DNA from: Candidatus Eiseniibacteriota bacterium
Lineage (GTDB): Bacteria > Eisenbacteria > RBG-16-71-46 > CAVPCR01
Direction: 5' to 3'
Length of the DNA: 64,000 nt
Assembly: GCA_963823555.1 (NCBI GenBank)
Contig: CAWGMA010000001.1
Location: 672,001-736,000 of the forward strand
Shown here: one piece after another, positions 32,101 to 41,204 of the stretch
Layout of the letters: every line of letters starts with the position of its first letter
Numbering within the stretch: the stretch's first letter is position 1
Notes under the pieces: model-generated
Database searches by the model: none
What the model was told of the DNA's origin: nothing
Seen by the model: only the letters and a program-made list of their open reading frames with translations
Translations under genes and position numbers: made by a program

Positions 32101-33347
32101 ATCTGGTGCTCAACGAGGGTACCTACGCCCGCATGTACGAGAACTCCGATCTCCTCCTGCCGCAGACGTTCGGCCGAGCTTTCGGCGACACCAAGAATGC
32201 ACTGGCCGCCGCCGGTGACACGTCCGGGGCGCGCAAGTATGTGCTGCTCGGAGATCCGGCGCTCAGTCCCGGCACGCCGAACCGGCGCCTGCTCCTCGAC
32301 TTTCCGGGTGCGGTGGTGCGCGGGGACACGACGGAGCTCGTTGCCGGGGTGCCCTCGATGGTCCGGGGCTGGCTCGATGGGCAACCGCCCTCTGGCTCGT
32401 GGACAGCCGAGCTGCGGGCCAGGGACTCCGATGTCGTCACCCGGCATGGGACCGTGAACAGCGGGGTCAGCTACCTCCTTCCGGGGAACTCCCTCTTCCG
32501 CTCGACCCTGCCCGTCTCCGGGGACACTCTCAAGTCGCAGCTCGTCGTTCCCATCGATGCCGCCCAGAGCCTCTCTCCGGGCCGCGGCGCGGGACAGACC
32601 AGGGTCTATGCGAGGGGGGCGGATTTCGATGCAGCCGGCTTGAACGTGCTCTTCCTCAACGTCGAGGATGCGGAGCCGACCGAGCCGAACTCGGATGGGG
32701 GTCCCCGCATCACGGTCTCCTTCGATGCTCCGGATTCTGATGCCGTCCCGCCGAATGCCACGCTCCACATCCGTCTAGAAGATCAGAGCGGGATCAACAT
32801 CGTGGGCAATACCCCCTCGAACTCGGTCTTCATGCGGATCGATGAGCGCGAGACCGTGGTCATGAACGAGCAGTTCGTCTACGAGCCGGGGAGCGCGACG
32901 GCGGGAACCATCGACGTGAGCTTGCCGGACCTCGAGGGAGGTCCTCACGTCATCCGTATCTACGCTTCCGACAACTACCTGAACCGGAGCGAGGAGGATG
33001 TCCCGTTCAGCATCCTGGAGGCGGGGGAGACGGGCATCCGGAACGCAGGTTTCTACCCGAACCCGTTCGACCTCGGCGCCGGCCAGGGCACGGTGCTGTC
33101 CTTCACCCTGCCCGAGCCAGCCGAGGTGTCGATCCGCATCTATACGGTCAGCGGCAAGCTCGTCCGGGACCGTTTTCCCGAGATCGACCGCGCCTTGTCC
33201 CCGGGGACGACGCAGGTTTTTTGGGATGGGCGGGATCAGGATGGAGATTTGGTCGCCAACGGGGTGTATCTGTGTGCGATCGCGGCCCATGGGAGCCTCT
33301 CCGGGACCCGGGACGAGGTCATCCTGCGCTCCGTCGTCCGCCGCTAG
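29103..33347 (+). CDS. porU: C25 (gingipain-family) PorU-like sortase with FlgD/T9SS C-terminal domain
   Basis: LLGDASYD, VGRIP, NYIGHG (His), FSCTV.RFD (Cys), LLGDPAL, LEDQSGIN, C-terminal YPNPF...IYTVSGKLV...WDGRD...NGVY. Confidence 0.8.
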   Translation: MLIALGALAVIVFAGHLLLAAGPLGPVAASAREPAPGEATRPSTLPRTVPVDPVELVASDERGTTLLCTAGPPELVPVGEEDGADPTRRVRVAIHGFTAMSPPGAPDLPGRSVLVAIPAGARPRLRVTMGGEEEISQVRVAPIPVPGPRPEAGAIPTWLPSEDAVFYASSYPEERVLLSPVMRMGDLDVVSVTIRPAVFDPERSLIRFATRIEIEVITEGGVSRRSGSDVGAGPSTVSAVVNQEAARGFGRERSPFRTARRQEGASFESSNHWVRISVAARGLVRVDGARLAAAGVDIATIDPSSLRVFWGGGLDPEPGVSPRSPSAASFMNECAIEVVDGGDGRLDTGDAVVFLGQGASGWRDDFRGGTYALDYVEHARVKTGVYWLTWGGDFTDPPQRIASRDATPAGGPVVTRGRARIHFERNRRYYSDLYEAGQKWERWFDAILTDYDAAVYFPIRPEKPDVTAPGALNLRLWGYTSMGNQATIRDHYLRAWFNGEPILTPAGRDTFIWDGPRFQRTGRQDVTSETLQLLDGENRLQLDVLVVNDPLNPNRSDQVLMAWYDFGWVRRLDFAGEAGGEAVPFGDPGPATVEVNGAPAGARVFDVSDPWRPIELAGIERAGTVLRFAADLDPASPPKFLVGVTPAAPAAVEVDQSQPHLRRADHAAWYIVIAHDSMIAEATRLAEAHARHAPPEGAPPGPPLAVRLSDVVDEFGWGLRSEIAIRNFVDWAFHEWSAPPLYICLLGDASYDPQDNYGDGTRETDLVPAAQFWNWIGGSYGGSDYISDDYYVRTFGDALESPPDVMSDLYVGRIPAGSRSEAQIAVDQKTIPFLTDPEFGPWRQRALILADDEYAGGDPPRYEGFIHVQYSEQVAALLPPELERQKIYLTDYPCNPCTSPRAKPAAREAFVNAFSDGAAFINYIGHGAPDVLAHEAVFKIENVGQLTNSRRLPFFSTFSCTVNRFDEPASEGIGEALVNHEGGGSVASIGSTDLAFISSNLVLNEGTYARMYENSDLLLPQTFGRAFGDTKNALAAAGDTSGARKYVLLGDPALSPGTPNRRLLLDFPGAVVRGDTTELVAGVPSMVRGWLDGQPPSGSWTAELRARDSDVVTRHGTVNSGVSYLLPGNSLFRSTLPVSGDTLKSQLVVPIDAAQSLSPGRGAGQTRVYARGADFDAAGLNVLFLNVEDAEPTEPNSDGGPRITVSFDAPDSDAVPPNATLHIRLEDQSGINIVGNTPSNSVFMRIDERETVVMNEQFVYEPGSATAGTIDVSLPDLEGGPHVIRIYASDNYLNRSEEDVPFSILEAGETGIRNAGFYPNPFDLGAGQGTVLSFTLPEPAEVSIRIYTVSGKLVRDRFPEIDRALSPGTTQVFWDGRDQDGDLVANGVYLCAIAAHGSLSGTRDEVILRSVVRR

Positions 33348-33506
33348 TCGAGCGGGCGAACCTCTTGTCCGCTCGAGGGTTCTATCAACGTGACCGGTGG
33401 CCAGCCTGCTCCGAGCAACCACTCCCATGTGCGGAGTGTGGTGCCGATAACCAGAGAGGGCTTCCAGGCTGGGTCGGGTGACCCGGATCCGAACCCGGGC
33501 CGTGAG

Positions 33507-33535
33507 TTGACCCTCCCCCAAGCGGGTGATACGAT
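33507..33535 (+). promoter_or_regulatory. Sigma70-like promoter with extended -10 upstream of porV
   Basis: TTGACC-17 nt-TACGAT with TG at the extended -10 position. Confidence 0.6.
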
Positions 33536-33583
33536 GACGAGGCTAAGTCCTTGCTGTACAAATCATTGCTGGAGGGATCGGTG

Positions 33584-34555
33584 ATGTTTCGCGCTTTCAT
33601 GGCGGCGCTCGCCCTGTTCTTCTTCGCCGCCGGAGCCGCCCACGCTCAATCCGAGGCCGGCGCGGCTTCGCTCCAAATCGAACCCTCCGCCAGGGCCAAC
33701 GGGATGGGGAAGGGTTTTGTCGCCGTAACCGATGACGCCACCATGAGCTGGTGGAACCCCGCGTCCCTCGCCTTCGAGTCGGATCGCCAGGCCACCCTCA
33801 TGCACAGCCAGCTCGTGCCTGGTCTCGCCGACGATGTCTTCTACGAGTTCTTCGGCTACACCTCGAGCATCAAGGGGCTCGGCGGATTTGGTGTCAGCCT
33901 CATTTACCTCACCTATGGCAAGAATGTGGCCACCGACTTTTCGGGTCAGGTGATCGGCGAGTTCACGAGCTACGAAGTGGTGCCGGCGGTCTCGTTCGGG
34001 ACCAAGCTCATGGACAACCTCGGTCTTGGGGTCAACTTCAAGTTCGTCTGGGTGGACCTGGCGCCGGCGGCGGTCACCCGCGACGGGCACGACGGCCGCG
34101 GCACGACCGTGGCGCTCGACGGCGCCATGTTGTGGCGCATCCCGAAGTACCGCTTGAACGCAGCCTTCAATTTCCAGAACATCGGACCGGATCTGGCCTT
34201 CATCGATGAGGACCAGTCGGATCCTCTGCCGCGGAACCTGAAGCTGGGCCTTGCCTACTGGCTGCTCGCGACGGAGGCGCACACCGTGATCCTGGCTGGG
34301 GATCTGAACAAGCCTTTCGTCCGCGTCGATGACGGCCCGCTGCTCAACGTGGGCGCCGAGTATCAACTCGGCCAGTACCTCGCCGGGCGCTTCGGCTGGG
34401 TCTACGAGGGGTGGTTCTCCCAGATCGATCCCATCAACGGTCCATCATTCGGTCTCGGACTCCGATACAAGGGATTCTCGTTCGATTACGCGAGCGTTCC
34501 GCAGGCCCCTGGCCTCGATCGCGTGAGTCGGTTCTCGTTCAACGCCCGCTTCTAG
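33584..34555 (+). CDS. porV: PorV/PorQ family outer-membrane beta-barrel
   Basis: LQIEPSARANGMG, DDAT...WNPASLA, NIGP, PLPRNLKLG, C-terminal Phe; follows porU. Confidence 0.8.
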   Translation: MFRAFMAALALFFFAAGAAHAQSEAGAASLQIEPSARANGMGKGFVAVTDDATMSWWNPASLAFESDRQATLMHSQLVPGLADDVFYEFFGYTSSIKGLGGFGVSLIYLTYGKNVATDFSGQVIGEFTSYEVVPAVSFGTKLMDNLGLGVNFKFVWVDLAPAAVTRDGHDGRGTTVALDGAMLWRIPKYRLNAAFNFQNIGPDLAFIDEDQSDPLPRNLKLGLAYWLLATEAHTVILAGDLNKPFVRVDDGPLLNVGAEYQLGQYLAGRFGWVYEGWFSQIDPINGPSFGLGLRYKGFSFDYASVPQAPGLDRVSRFSFNARF

Positions 34556-34583
34556 GACGCGGCGGGGAGTCAGGCAAAACCGC

Positions 34584-35618
34584 ATGCATCTCGCCTCTAG
34601 GATGAAGAGGCCTCGCGAGAGGGAGGCCGCACCGCCGCGGCAGCGGGCGAGGGCGCCCTATCGCCTCGCGGCGGGGCTCCTGGCGATCGTGCTCGGCTCT
34701 CTCCTTCTCGCCGCTCCGGCCGTTGCCGGTCTCGGAGATCCGGAGCCCTCGCCCTTCTTCCCCATTCGCAGCCTCTTCGGATTCCCGGACCAGTCTCCGG
34801 GGCTGGCCCAGCGAGCCATCGAGGACGAGGAAGAGAAGAAGAAGCCCGCCGAGGAAGTGCCGCCGGAGCTCTCGATCCCGGAGCCGCCGCCCCTCACCAC
34901 CGAGATCGAGCCCAAGTCCCCGACCAAGGCCTTCCTCCTGTCCGCGGCGGTCCCGGGCCTCGGTGAGCTCTACAGCGGTTCCAATCGCGGGTACATCTTC
35001 CTCGGCGTCGAAGCGGCAGCATGGATCACGTACGCCTCGTACAAGTCGAGCGCCGGCAACAAGGAAGACGAGCTCTACGCGTACGCCGACCGTAGCTTCT
35101 CGATCGCGGCTTTCGAAACCGGATGTGTCGGGCAGCCGGGCCAGCCTTGCCAGGAGGCTCTCGACGCCATCAACAATTTCTACCTCAACGACAAGGGCGA
35201 GTACTACGAGATCATCTCCAAGAACCCCATCTACAAGCCCGGATGGGGTGTGCAGGTGCAGTCCGACGGCAGCTTCACCTATGAGAACTGCGATCTCGGC
35301 GATCTGGGCTGCCCGCCCGATCCCAGCCAGCCCGGTCAAGAGGCCGCCTACCGGCAATGGGTTGCGGACCAGGCGGCCGCCCAGGATCGGGACTACATCC
35401 AGTACAATGGCCTGCGTGATGACCGCAACTCGCTCGATTCCAACGCGCGCACCGCGACGATGGTGGTGCTCATCAATCACATCGCCTCCGCTTTCGATGC
35501 TCTGATGGTCGCCCGGGGCTTCAACGCCAGCCTGCCCCAGGGTGTGGACATGAAATTCACGATCAAGACGTCGCTCGGCAATCCTGGCGGCAAGGTCGTC
35601 TTCAAGCGCAAGTTCTGA
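34584..35618 (+). CDS. DUF5683-like envelope protein
   Basis: KSPTKAFLLSAAVPGLGELY...NHIASAFDA; C-terminal Phe. Confidence 0.6.
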   Translation: MHLASRMKRPREREAAPPRQRARAPYRLAAGLLAIVLGSLLLAAPAVAGLGDPEPSPFFPIRSLFGFPDQSPGLAQRAIEDEEEKKKPAEEVPPELSIPEPPPLTTEIEPKSPTKAFLLSAAVPGLGELYSGSNRGYIFLGVEAAAWITYASYKSSAGNKEDELYAYADRSFSIAAFETGCVGQPGQPCQEALDAINNFYLNDKGEYYEIISKNPIYKPGWGVQVQSDGSFTYENCDLGDLGCPPDPSQPGQEAAYRQWVADQAAAQDRDYIQYNGLRDDRNSLDSNARTATMVVLINHIASAFDALMVARGFNASLPQGVDMKFTIKTSLGNPGGKVVFKRKF

Positions 35619-35620
35619 AC

Positions 35621-36526
35621 GTGACTCATCGCTTCCCGATCACACCGGTTCTCGTTCTCGCCGTTGCCGCGATGGTGGCTGCGGCTTCGCCGTCCGTTGC
35701 GGGGGATGGGGCCGCCACCAGCGGGCCCGAGCCGGCGCTCGCTTCCTCGTTCCCGCCATTCGAGCTCGATGTCGAAGCCGCGATCCAGCTCGCCCAGGTC
35801 GATCCGACCCGCGGCGGGGACCAGGATGACGAGGACGACAAGAAGCGGCCCGATCCCGAAGTCAGCCCCGTCGATACCGGCGGTCCTTCACGGGCGAAGG
35901 CGATCCTCTACTCCGCGCTCCTTCCCGGGATGGGCCAGCTCTACGCCGGCGACAAGACCATGGGGACCATCTTCCTCATCGGCGAGGCGGTCTGCTGGAC
36001 GAGCTATGCCACCTTCCAGGTCCAGGGCAGCCAGCGCGAGGATCGTTACATCCAGTATGCCGAGCGCTTTGCCGGTGTCGGTGACGCCAGCGGTCAGTCG
36101 AGCTCCTACTACGGTTCTCTGGCCCGCTACGACCGTTCGGGCGAGCCGGGCGGCCCGGAAAGCTACAACGAGATCGAAGTACGTCTTCGCGCGCGCGAGC
36201 TCTATCCCGACGATCAAGCCCAGCAGGCGGAATACATCAGGGAGAACGAGATCACCGGGGAGCAGGCCTGGGACTGGGAATCGGATGATCGCCGCTACGA
36301 CTACGCCGACATTCGCATCTCCTCCGAAACGGCGTATCATCGGGCCAATTACGCCGTGGCCGGGCTCGTGGTCAATCGGATCCTGAGCGTCTTGCATGCC
36401 GTCTGGTTGACAGCAGACGAGGAAGAGCCGGCCGCGGACAGTGGTGTCAAGCGGACGGCCCGGCCGTTTGCCGACAGCGACTTCGCCCTCGGGTCGAGTC
36501 GCCTCGGTGTGCGTTACACGTTCTGA
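35621..36526 (+). CDS. DUF5683-like envelope protein (paralogue)
   Basis: KAILYSALLPGMGQLY...NRILSVLHA; C-terminal Phe. Confidence 0.6.
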   Translation: MTHRFPITPVLVLAVAAMVAAASPSVAGDGAATSGPEPALASSFPPFELDVEAAIQLAQVDPTRGGDQDDEDDKKRPDPEVSPVDTGGPSRAKAILYSALLPGMGQLYAGDKTMGTIFLIGEAVCWTSYATFQVQGSQREDRYIQYAERFAGVGDASGQSSSYYGSLARYDRSGEPGGPESYNEIEVRLRARELYPDDQAQQAEYIRENEITGEQAWDWESDDRRYDYADIRISSETAYHRANYAVAGLVVNRILSVLHAVWLTADEEEPAADSGVKRTARPFADSDFALGSSRLGVRYTF

Positions 36527-36596
36527 CCCCCCGCGCGGGCGCCGCAGGCGCCGGGTGCGCTCCGCGGTCCTGAAGCCCGCGCCCCAGGCCAGCCCC

Positions 36597-37616
36597 ATGT
36601 CGATGCCAGCGCACCGCAAATCCCATCTCAAGAGAATCGCCGCGGCGTTCCTCGCCGCATTCACCGCCGTGGCCATGACGGCGGTCCTCGCCGCTGAGCC
36701 CGATTCCCTCGCGACCGTCGCGACCGATGCTCGTGCTCCCGGATCCGCCGACAGCCTGAATCTGCGCTTCGAGTCGATTCTGGGGCACAGCGGCAACGAG
36801 CACGGCGAGTTCCGGCGCCCACTCGCCGTCTCGGAATCGCCATCCGGGGTGCTCGTCGTCGACACCGGCAACAGCCGTGTGCAGAGCCTCGATGCGAACG
36901 GGGAGTACTTGTGGGAGGCGGGAGGACTGGGCACGGCCGAAGGAAGCCTCCGCCGGCCCACCTCCGCCGTGGCCAGCGGACTGGCCGTCTACGTGCTCGA
37001 CGCACTTGGCCTGCGCATCCATCAATTCCATATCCGCGGGGAATATCAAGGAGTCGCTCTCGACTTCCGGCGGCCCGATCTCGAGGATAGGCTGGGACGC
37101 GTCGATCCCCGCGGCCTCGCCGTCGGGCGCTCGGGCAGCATTCTCGTCACCGACTCCGAAGGGGACCGGCTCCTCGTCTTCGCCCCGGATTGGGCCCTCC
37201 TTCACGTCATCGGGGGATTCGGCTCGGGGCCGCAGTCGTTCTCGGATCCGGAGGGCATCGCGACCGATCGCGAGCGCATCCTGGTCGCCGATTCGGGCAA
37301 CGAGCGCATCCAGGTGCTCGACTTCATGGGCCGCTTCATCGCCAGCTGGCCGGTGCCCGGTGGTGGGCGGCCGATGAGCGTGGCGGTGGACGCACGCGGC
37401 GTCATCTACGTTGCCGATGCCGGCCGCCACCGCGTGCTCGCGCTCGGCAGGAGCGGTCAGCTGCTCGGTTCGGTCGGGGCCGAGGGCCGGGGGCCGGGTT
37501 CTCTCCGCGGTCCGTCGGGCGTGTGCGTGATCGGGGATCGCCTGATCGTCGCCGACTCGGAGAACGATCGACTCGCCCGGTTCATCATCGAACGCGCTGG
37601 CGGATCGAGCCCGTAG
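36597..37616 (+). CDS. Secreted NHL-repeat beta-propeller
   Basis: Repeats VVDTGNSRVQ, VADSGNERIQ, VADAGRHRV, VADSENDR. Confidence 0.85.
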   Translation: MSMPAHRKSHLKRIAAAFLAAFTAVAMTAVLAAEPDSLATVATDARAPGSADSLNLRFESILGHSGNEHGEFRRPLAVSESPSGVLVVDTGNSRVQSLDANGEYLWEAGGLGTAEGSLRRPTSAVASGLAVYVLDALGLRIHQFHIRGEYQGVALDFRRPDLEDRLGRVDPRGLAVGRSGSILVTDSEGDRLLVFAPDWALLHVIGGFGSGPQSFSDPEGIATDRERILVADSGNERIQVLDFMGRFIASWPVPGGGRPMSVAVDARGVIYVADAGRHRVLALGRSGQLLGSVGAEGRGPGSLRGPSGVCVIGDRLIVADSENDRLARFIIERAGGSSP

Positions 37617-37664
37617 CAGGGCGGCAGGCGGGAACCGGAGGATGAGCACGGAGCAAAGGGCATC

Positions 37665-40600
37665 ATGAGGCAGCCGACGAGCGTGCGACATGGAGCCTCC
37701 GGGAGGGCGCCCGACCGCTGGCGATCCCTGATGGCTCCCGCGGTCAGGCTCGGACTCCTGCTCGCCCTGGTTCCGGCTCCCGCCCGGGCGGCGGCTGATC
37801 CTGATTCGTCCGCCGCGACTCCGGCTCCGTTCCCTCTCATCGCGCTCGACCGTACCCGCGTCACGATGATGGTCTCCGGCGACCGCCTCTGTCTCGAGCA
37901 CCGCCATCTCGATCCATCCACTCTCATCGTGCGCTTGGGGCAGAGTCAGCTCGTGCCCGGGCGCGATTTCGCGCTCGATGCCGCCGCGGGCTGCCTCACC
38001 TTCGCCGATCCCCGCCGGTTCCTCGGCGCCCATCTCGAGATCCAGTACGCTCATTTCCCGTTCCCGCTCGCCACCCGCTACGTGCATCGCGATCCGGTTC
38101 CCCTCGAGGTGCCGGCCGGCGCTCCTCCCGACACGGTGATCCCGATCGAGCGGCACGAGCGCCTGGCGACCATCCCACCGGCGTCCGGCGGCCGGCTCCA
38201 GATCCGCGGCAACAAGAGCTTCGCGGTGCGGGTGGGTTCCAACCGGGATGCCAGTCTCAACCAATCGCTCGACCTCGATGTGAGCGGCGAGGTCGCCAGC
38301 GGGGTCGAACTCCGGGCCATCCTCACCGACCGGGACCTGCCGCTGCAGCCGCAGGGCGATACCGAAACACTCAACGAGCTCGACAAGATCCTCCTGGAGG
38401 TCCGCTCCAAGAGCCTCGCCGCCACTCTCGGCGATTACGACGTACAGGCTTTCGGCGGCAGCTTCCTGAGCTACTCGAAACGGCTCGAGGGGGTGAAGGC
38501 GGAGGGCAGACACGACGGGCGCGAGTTCGTGATGGCGGCCGCCGTGGCCAAGGGCGAGTTCATCTCGCTGCCGGTGCCCGCGCTCGAAGGCAAGCAGGGG
38601 CCCTACGCGCTGACCGACGCTTCGGGCAACACATCGATCGTCGTCGTTGCTGGATCCGAGGCCGTATGGCTGAACGGGGAACGCCTCACCCGAGGTGACG
38701 GCAACGACTACACGATCGACTACGGGCGAGCCGAGGTCACCTTCACCACGCGCCGTCTCATCACTCGTGATTCGCGCATCGTCGTGGACTTCGAATACAC
38801 CACCGAGGCCTTCGAGCGCAATTTCTACGTCGGTGGCGCGCGGGGCTCGCTGGGGGGCGACAAGTTCTCGTTCGGGGCGTCGGTGGTCTCGGAGTCCGAC
38901 GATGCCAAGAACCCGATCGGATCCCTGAGCGACGCCGAGCGTTCGGTCCTGGCGGCTGCCGGCGATACCTTGCGTGCGACGGCGCAGGCCGGAGCGGTCC
39001 TGGTCGGTGATGGTCGCGGGGACTACGTTGCACTCGGCGAGAGCACGGAGGCGCTCCGCTATCAATACGTCGGACCGAACCGCGGCAACTACGAGGTCAA
39101 CTTCCTCCATGTCGGGCTTGGCGCGGGAGACTACCTCGACTCGCTGACCGTGAGCGGGGGCAAGGCCTATCGCTGGGTGGGGGCGGGGTCGGGAAGCTAC
39201 GAGCCGGGGCGTTTCCTGGCCGCACCCGAGAGCCACCAGATTCTCGACTTCACGGGCCAGAGTCGTCTCGGCGACTTCGAGCTGGGCGGCGAGTTCGCTC
39301 TGTCGGGCCTCGATCTCAACACGCTCTCGAGCAGCGACGACCTCGACAACACCGGGACGGCCACCGGCCTTCGGCTGGGCTATTCGCCGACCGTCACCCT
39401 GGCTGGCCATCAAGTGGGAGTCGCGGTCCGCGCCGGCTATCGCGATGTCGGCACCAGCTTCCGCACGCTCGGTCGTATCCGCCCAGCCGACTACGCCTAC
39501 ACGTGGAACGCTCCGGCCGGCGCCTTCGATCAGGGCGAGCGCTTGCGGGACCTGGGGATGGAGGTCACCCCACTCAGGGGGGTGAGCATCGGCGGCGATT
39601 TCGGCTCCACCCGCACCGAGCTCTTCGCCGGAGATCGTTCCGGGATGAGCATCGCGCTCGATCGCGAGCTCCGCGGCCGTTTCCGGCTCGAACGCATCGC
39701 CGGCCAGGATCGCGGGGCACCGGCGGCCGATTCGACCGGGATCGCCGCCGTGACCGCAGATCTGGATCGTGCCTACGAGAGCGGAGAGCTCGCCACCGAC
39801 GTCCGAATGTTCACGCCGCGGCTGCGCTACGAACGCGACGAGCGCATCGAATACCGCGGGGCGGTCCGCGTCGGCTCCGGTTACACGGTCTTCGGCGGTG
39901 GCACCGAGGTGCGCCTGCCGTCGCGGGCGCGGCTCACCCTCGACTTCCGCCAGCGTGACGATCGTGTCCTCGGCACCGGGAGCCCGTGGTCTGAGACCGT
40001 TGCCGCCTTCGAGCAGAGCTACCGCCTCGAGGTGCCGCGGGTGAGCGCGGTTTCGGTGAGCGGTGCCTTCACGCGCCGTACCTCCGATGATCGACTGCGC
40101 GCGGTGCGGCAGGTGTCGGACCTGATTCAGCTCGATATCGTGCATTCCTCACAGCGGGGCGGAGTCGAATCGGAAACCCACGCCGATGTCACGACCACGG
40201 ATGTCGGCGGCGAGAACCAGGAGCTGGTCTACGTCGGTGCGGGGCAGGGCGTGCTCGATGAGTACGGGCGTTACGTGGGTCCGGGCGGGGATTACGTCCT
40301 GCGCCAGACCAATGGTGGGATCCCCGATCTGCGCACCCGGCTGCGCCTGGCGGCGCGGGCCGAGGTCCGCCCGCGTCGCTTCCTGGAGCCCTCGGCCGGC
40401 GGTGCCCGGCGCGTCCTGGCGGCACTCGGCGCCGAGACCACGATGCAGGTGGATGAGCTCACGCGGCTCAACCTCTCGAGCCCGCGCTACTTCTTCTTCC
40501 CCTCCAACTACCAGCGTGAGGATGCCACGTTCCGTGGCACGTTCTACCTGCGGCAGGATGTCGACATCCTCGAGTCCAACATGCTCCTGAGCTTCCGAGT

Positions 40601-41186
40601 CCGCGGCGAGCTGCGGAACGAGCTCGACAACCGGGTCTCCGGGGTGAGCAAGGACCGGGAGGCGAGGACGACAGGGCTTCGCGTGCGTTCCTCTCCGTGG
40701 TCGCCGTTCTCCGCCGAGCTCGAGCAGACCTGGGGCACCGCCAGCGATGTCGAGGCGGCGACCGGCGCCGGAAGCCCAAGCCTGGGCGAGAGCCGCCTCG
40801 ATCTCGACACCGGGTCGACGGCACTCGAGCTCACCTCGCGTCCGGGGCGCGATACGCGGATCGGCTTCCTCGTCCGCCGCCAGGTGGAGCAGGTCACGGG
40901 GGGGACGGCCGAGGCCGACATTCTCGAGCTCACGCCCAGCGTGACGACCTACTGGCGGCGGGCACGAGTGGACCTGCGCTACCGGCGCGTTCGTGAGGAG
41001 CGGACCGGGGTCTTCCCTCCGAGCTATCGCGCCAGCTTCCAGCCAGGAACGCGCAGCGAGTACGGCGTCAACATGGACTATCGCCCCCTCGAGCATGTGA
41101 CCCTCACCGGTGGCCTGGAGGGCATCCGACTGCCGACCCAGTCCTTCAATCACACCGCGCGCCTCGAAGTGCGCATCTTCTTCTAG
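37665..41186 (+). CDS. Very large outer-membrane beta-barrel-like protein of unknown function
   Basis: Signal peptide; LNQSLDLDVSGE, GSEAVWLNGE..RG..NDYTIDY; alternating beta-strand pattern; ends RIFF. Confidence 0.65.
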   Translation: MRQPTSVRHGASGRAPDRWRSLMAPAVRLGLLLALVPAPARAAADPDSSAATPAPFPLIALDRTRVTMMVSGDRLCLEHRHLDPSTLIVRLGQSQLVPGRDFALDAAAGCLTFADPRRFLGAHLEIQYAHFPFPLATRYVHRDPVPLEVPAGAPPDTVIPIERHERLATIPPASGGRLQIRGNKSFAVRVGSNRDASLNQSLDLDVSGEVASGVELRAILTDRDLPLQPQGDTETLNELDKILLEVRSKSLAATLGDYDVQAFGGSFLSYSKRLEGVKAEGRHDGREFVMAAAVAKGEFISLPVPALEGKQGPYALTDASGNTSIVVVAGSEAVWLNGERLTRGDGNDYTIDYGRAEVTFTTRRLITRDSRIVVDFEYTTEAFERNFYVGGARGSLGGDKFSFGASVVSESDDAKNPIGSLSDAERSVLAAAGDTLRATAQAGAVLVGDGRGDYVALGESTEALRYQYVGPNRGNYEVNFLHVGLGAGDYLDSLTVSGGKAYRWVGAGSGSYEPGRFLAAPESHQILDFTGQSRLGDFELGGEFALSGLDLNTLSSSDDLDNTGTATGLRLGYSPTVTLAGHQVGVAVRAGYRDVGTSFRTLGRIRPADYAYTWNAPAGAFDQGERLRDLGMEVTPLRGVSIGGDFGSTRTELFAGDRSGMSIALDRELRGRFRLERIAGQDRGAPAADSTGIAAVTADLDRAYESGELATDVRMFTPRLRYERDERIEYRGAVRVGSGYTVFGGGTEVRLPSRARLTLDFRQRDDRVLGTGSPWSETVAAFEQSYRLEVPRVSAVSVSGAFTRRTSDDRLRAVRQVSDLIQLDIVHSSQRGGVESETHADVTTTDVGGENQELVYVGAGQGVLDEYGRYVGPGGDYVLRQTNGGIPDLRTRLRLAARAEVRPRRFLEPSAGGARRVLAALGAETTMQVDELTRLNLSSPRYFFFPSNYQREDATFRGTFYLRQDVDILESNMLLSFRVRGELRNELDNRVSGVSKDREARTTGLRVRSSPWSPFSAELEQTWGTASDVEAATGAGSPSLGESRLDLDTGSTALELTSRPGRDTRIGFLVRRQVEQVTGGTAEADILELTPSVTTYWRRARVDLRYRRVREERTGVFPPSYRASFQPGTRSEYGVNMDYRPLEHVTLTGGLEGIRLPTQSFNHTARLEVRIFF

Positions 41187-41204
41187 TTGGAGGCGATTCC
41201 GGCC

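Noticed and set aside
28920..32768. 1282-aa minus-strand ORF
   Set aside because: Antisense shadow of porU; no motifs, Arg/Gly/Pro-rich, expected in high-GC DNA
36447..40145. 1232-aa minus-strand ORF
   Set aside because: Antisense shadow of the NHL and barrel genes; no recognisable domain
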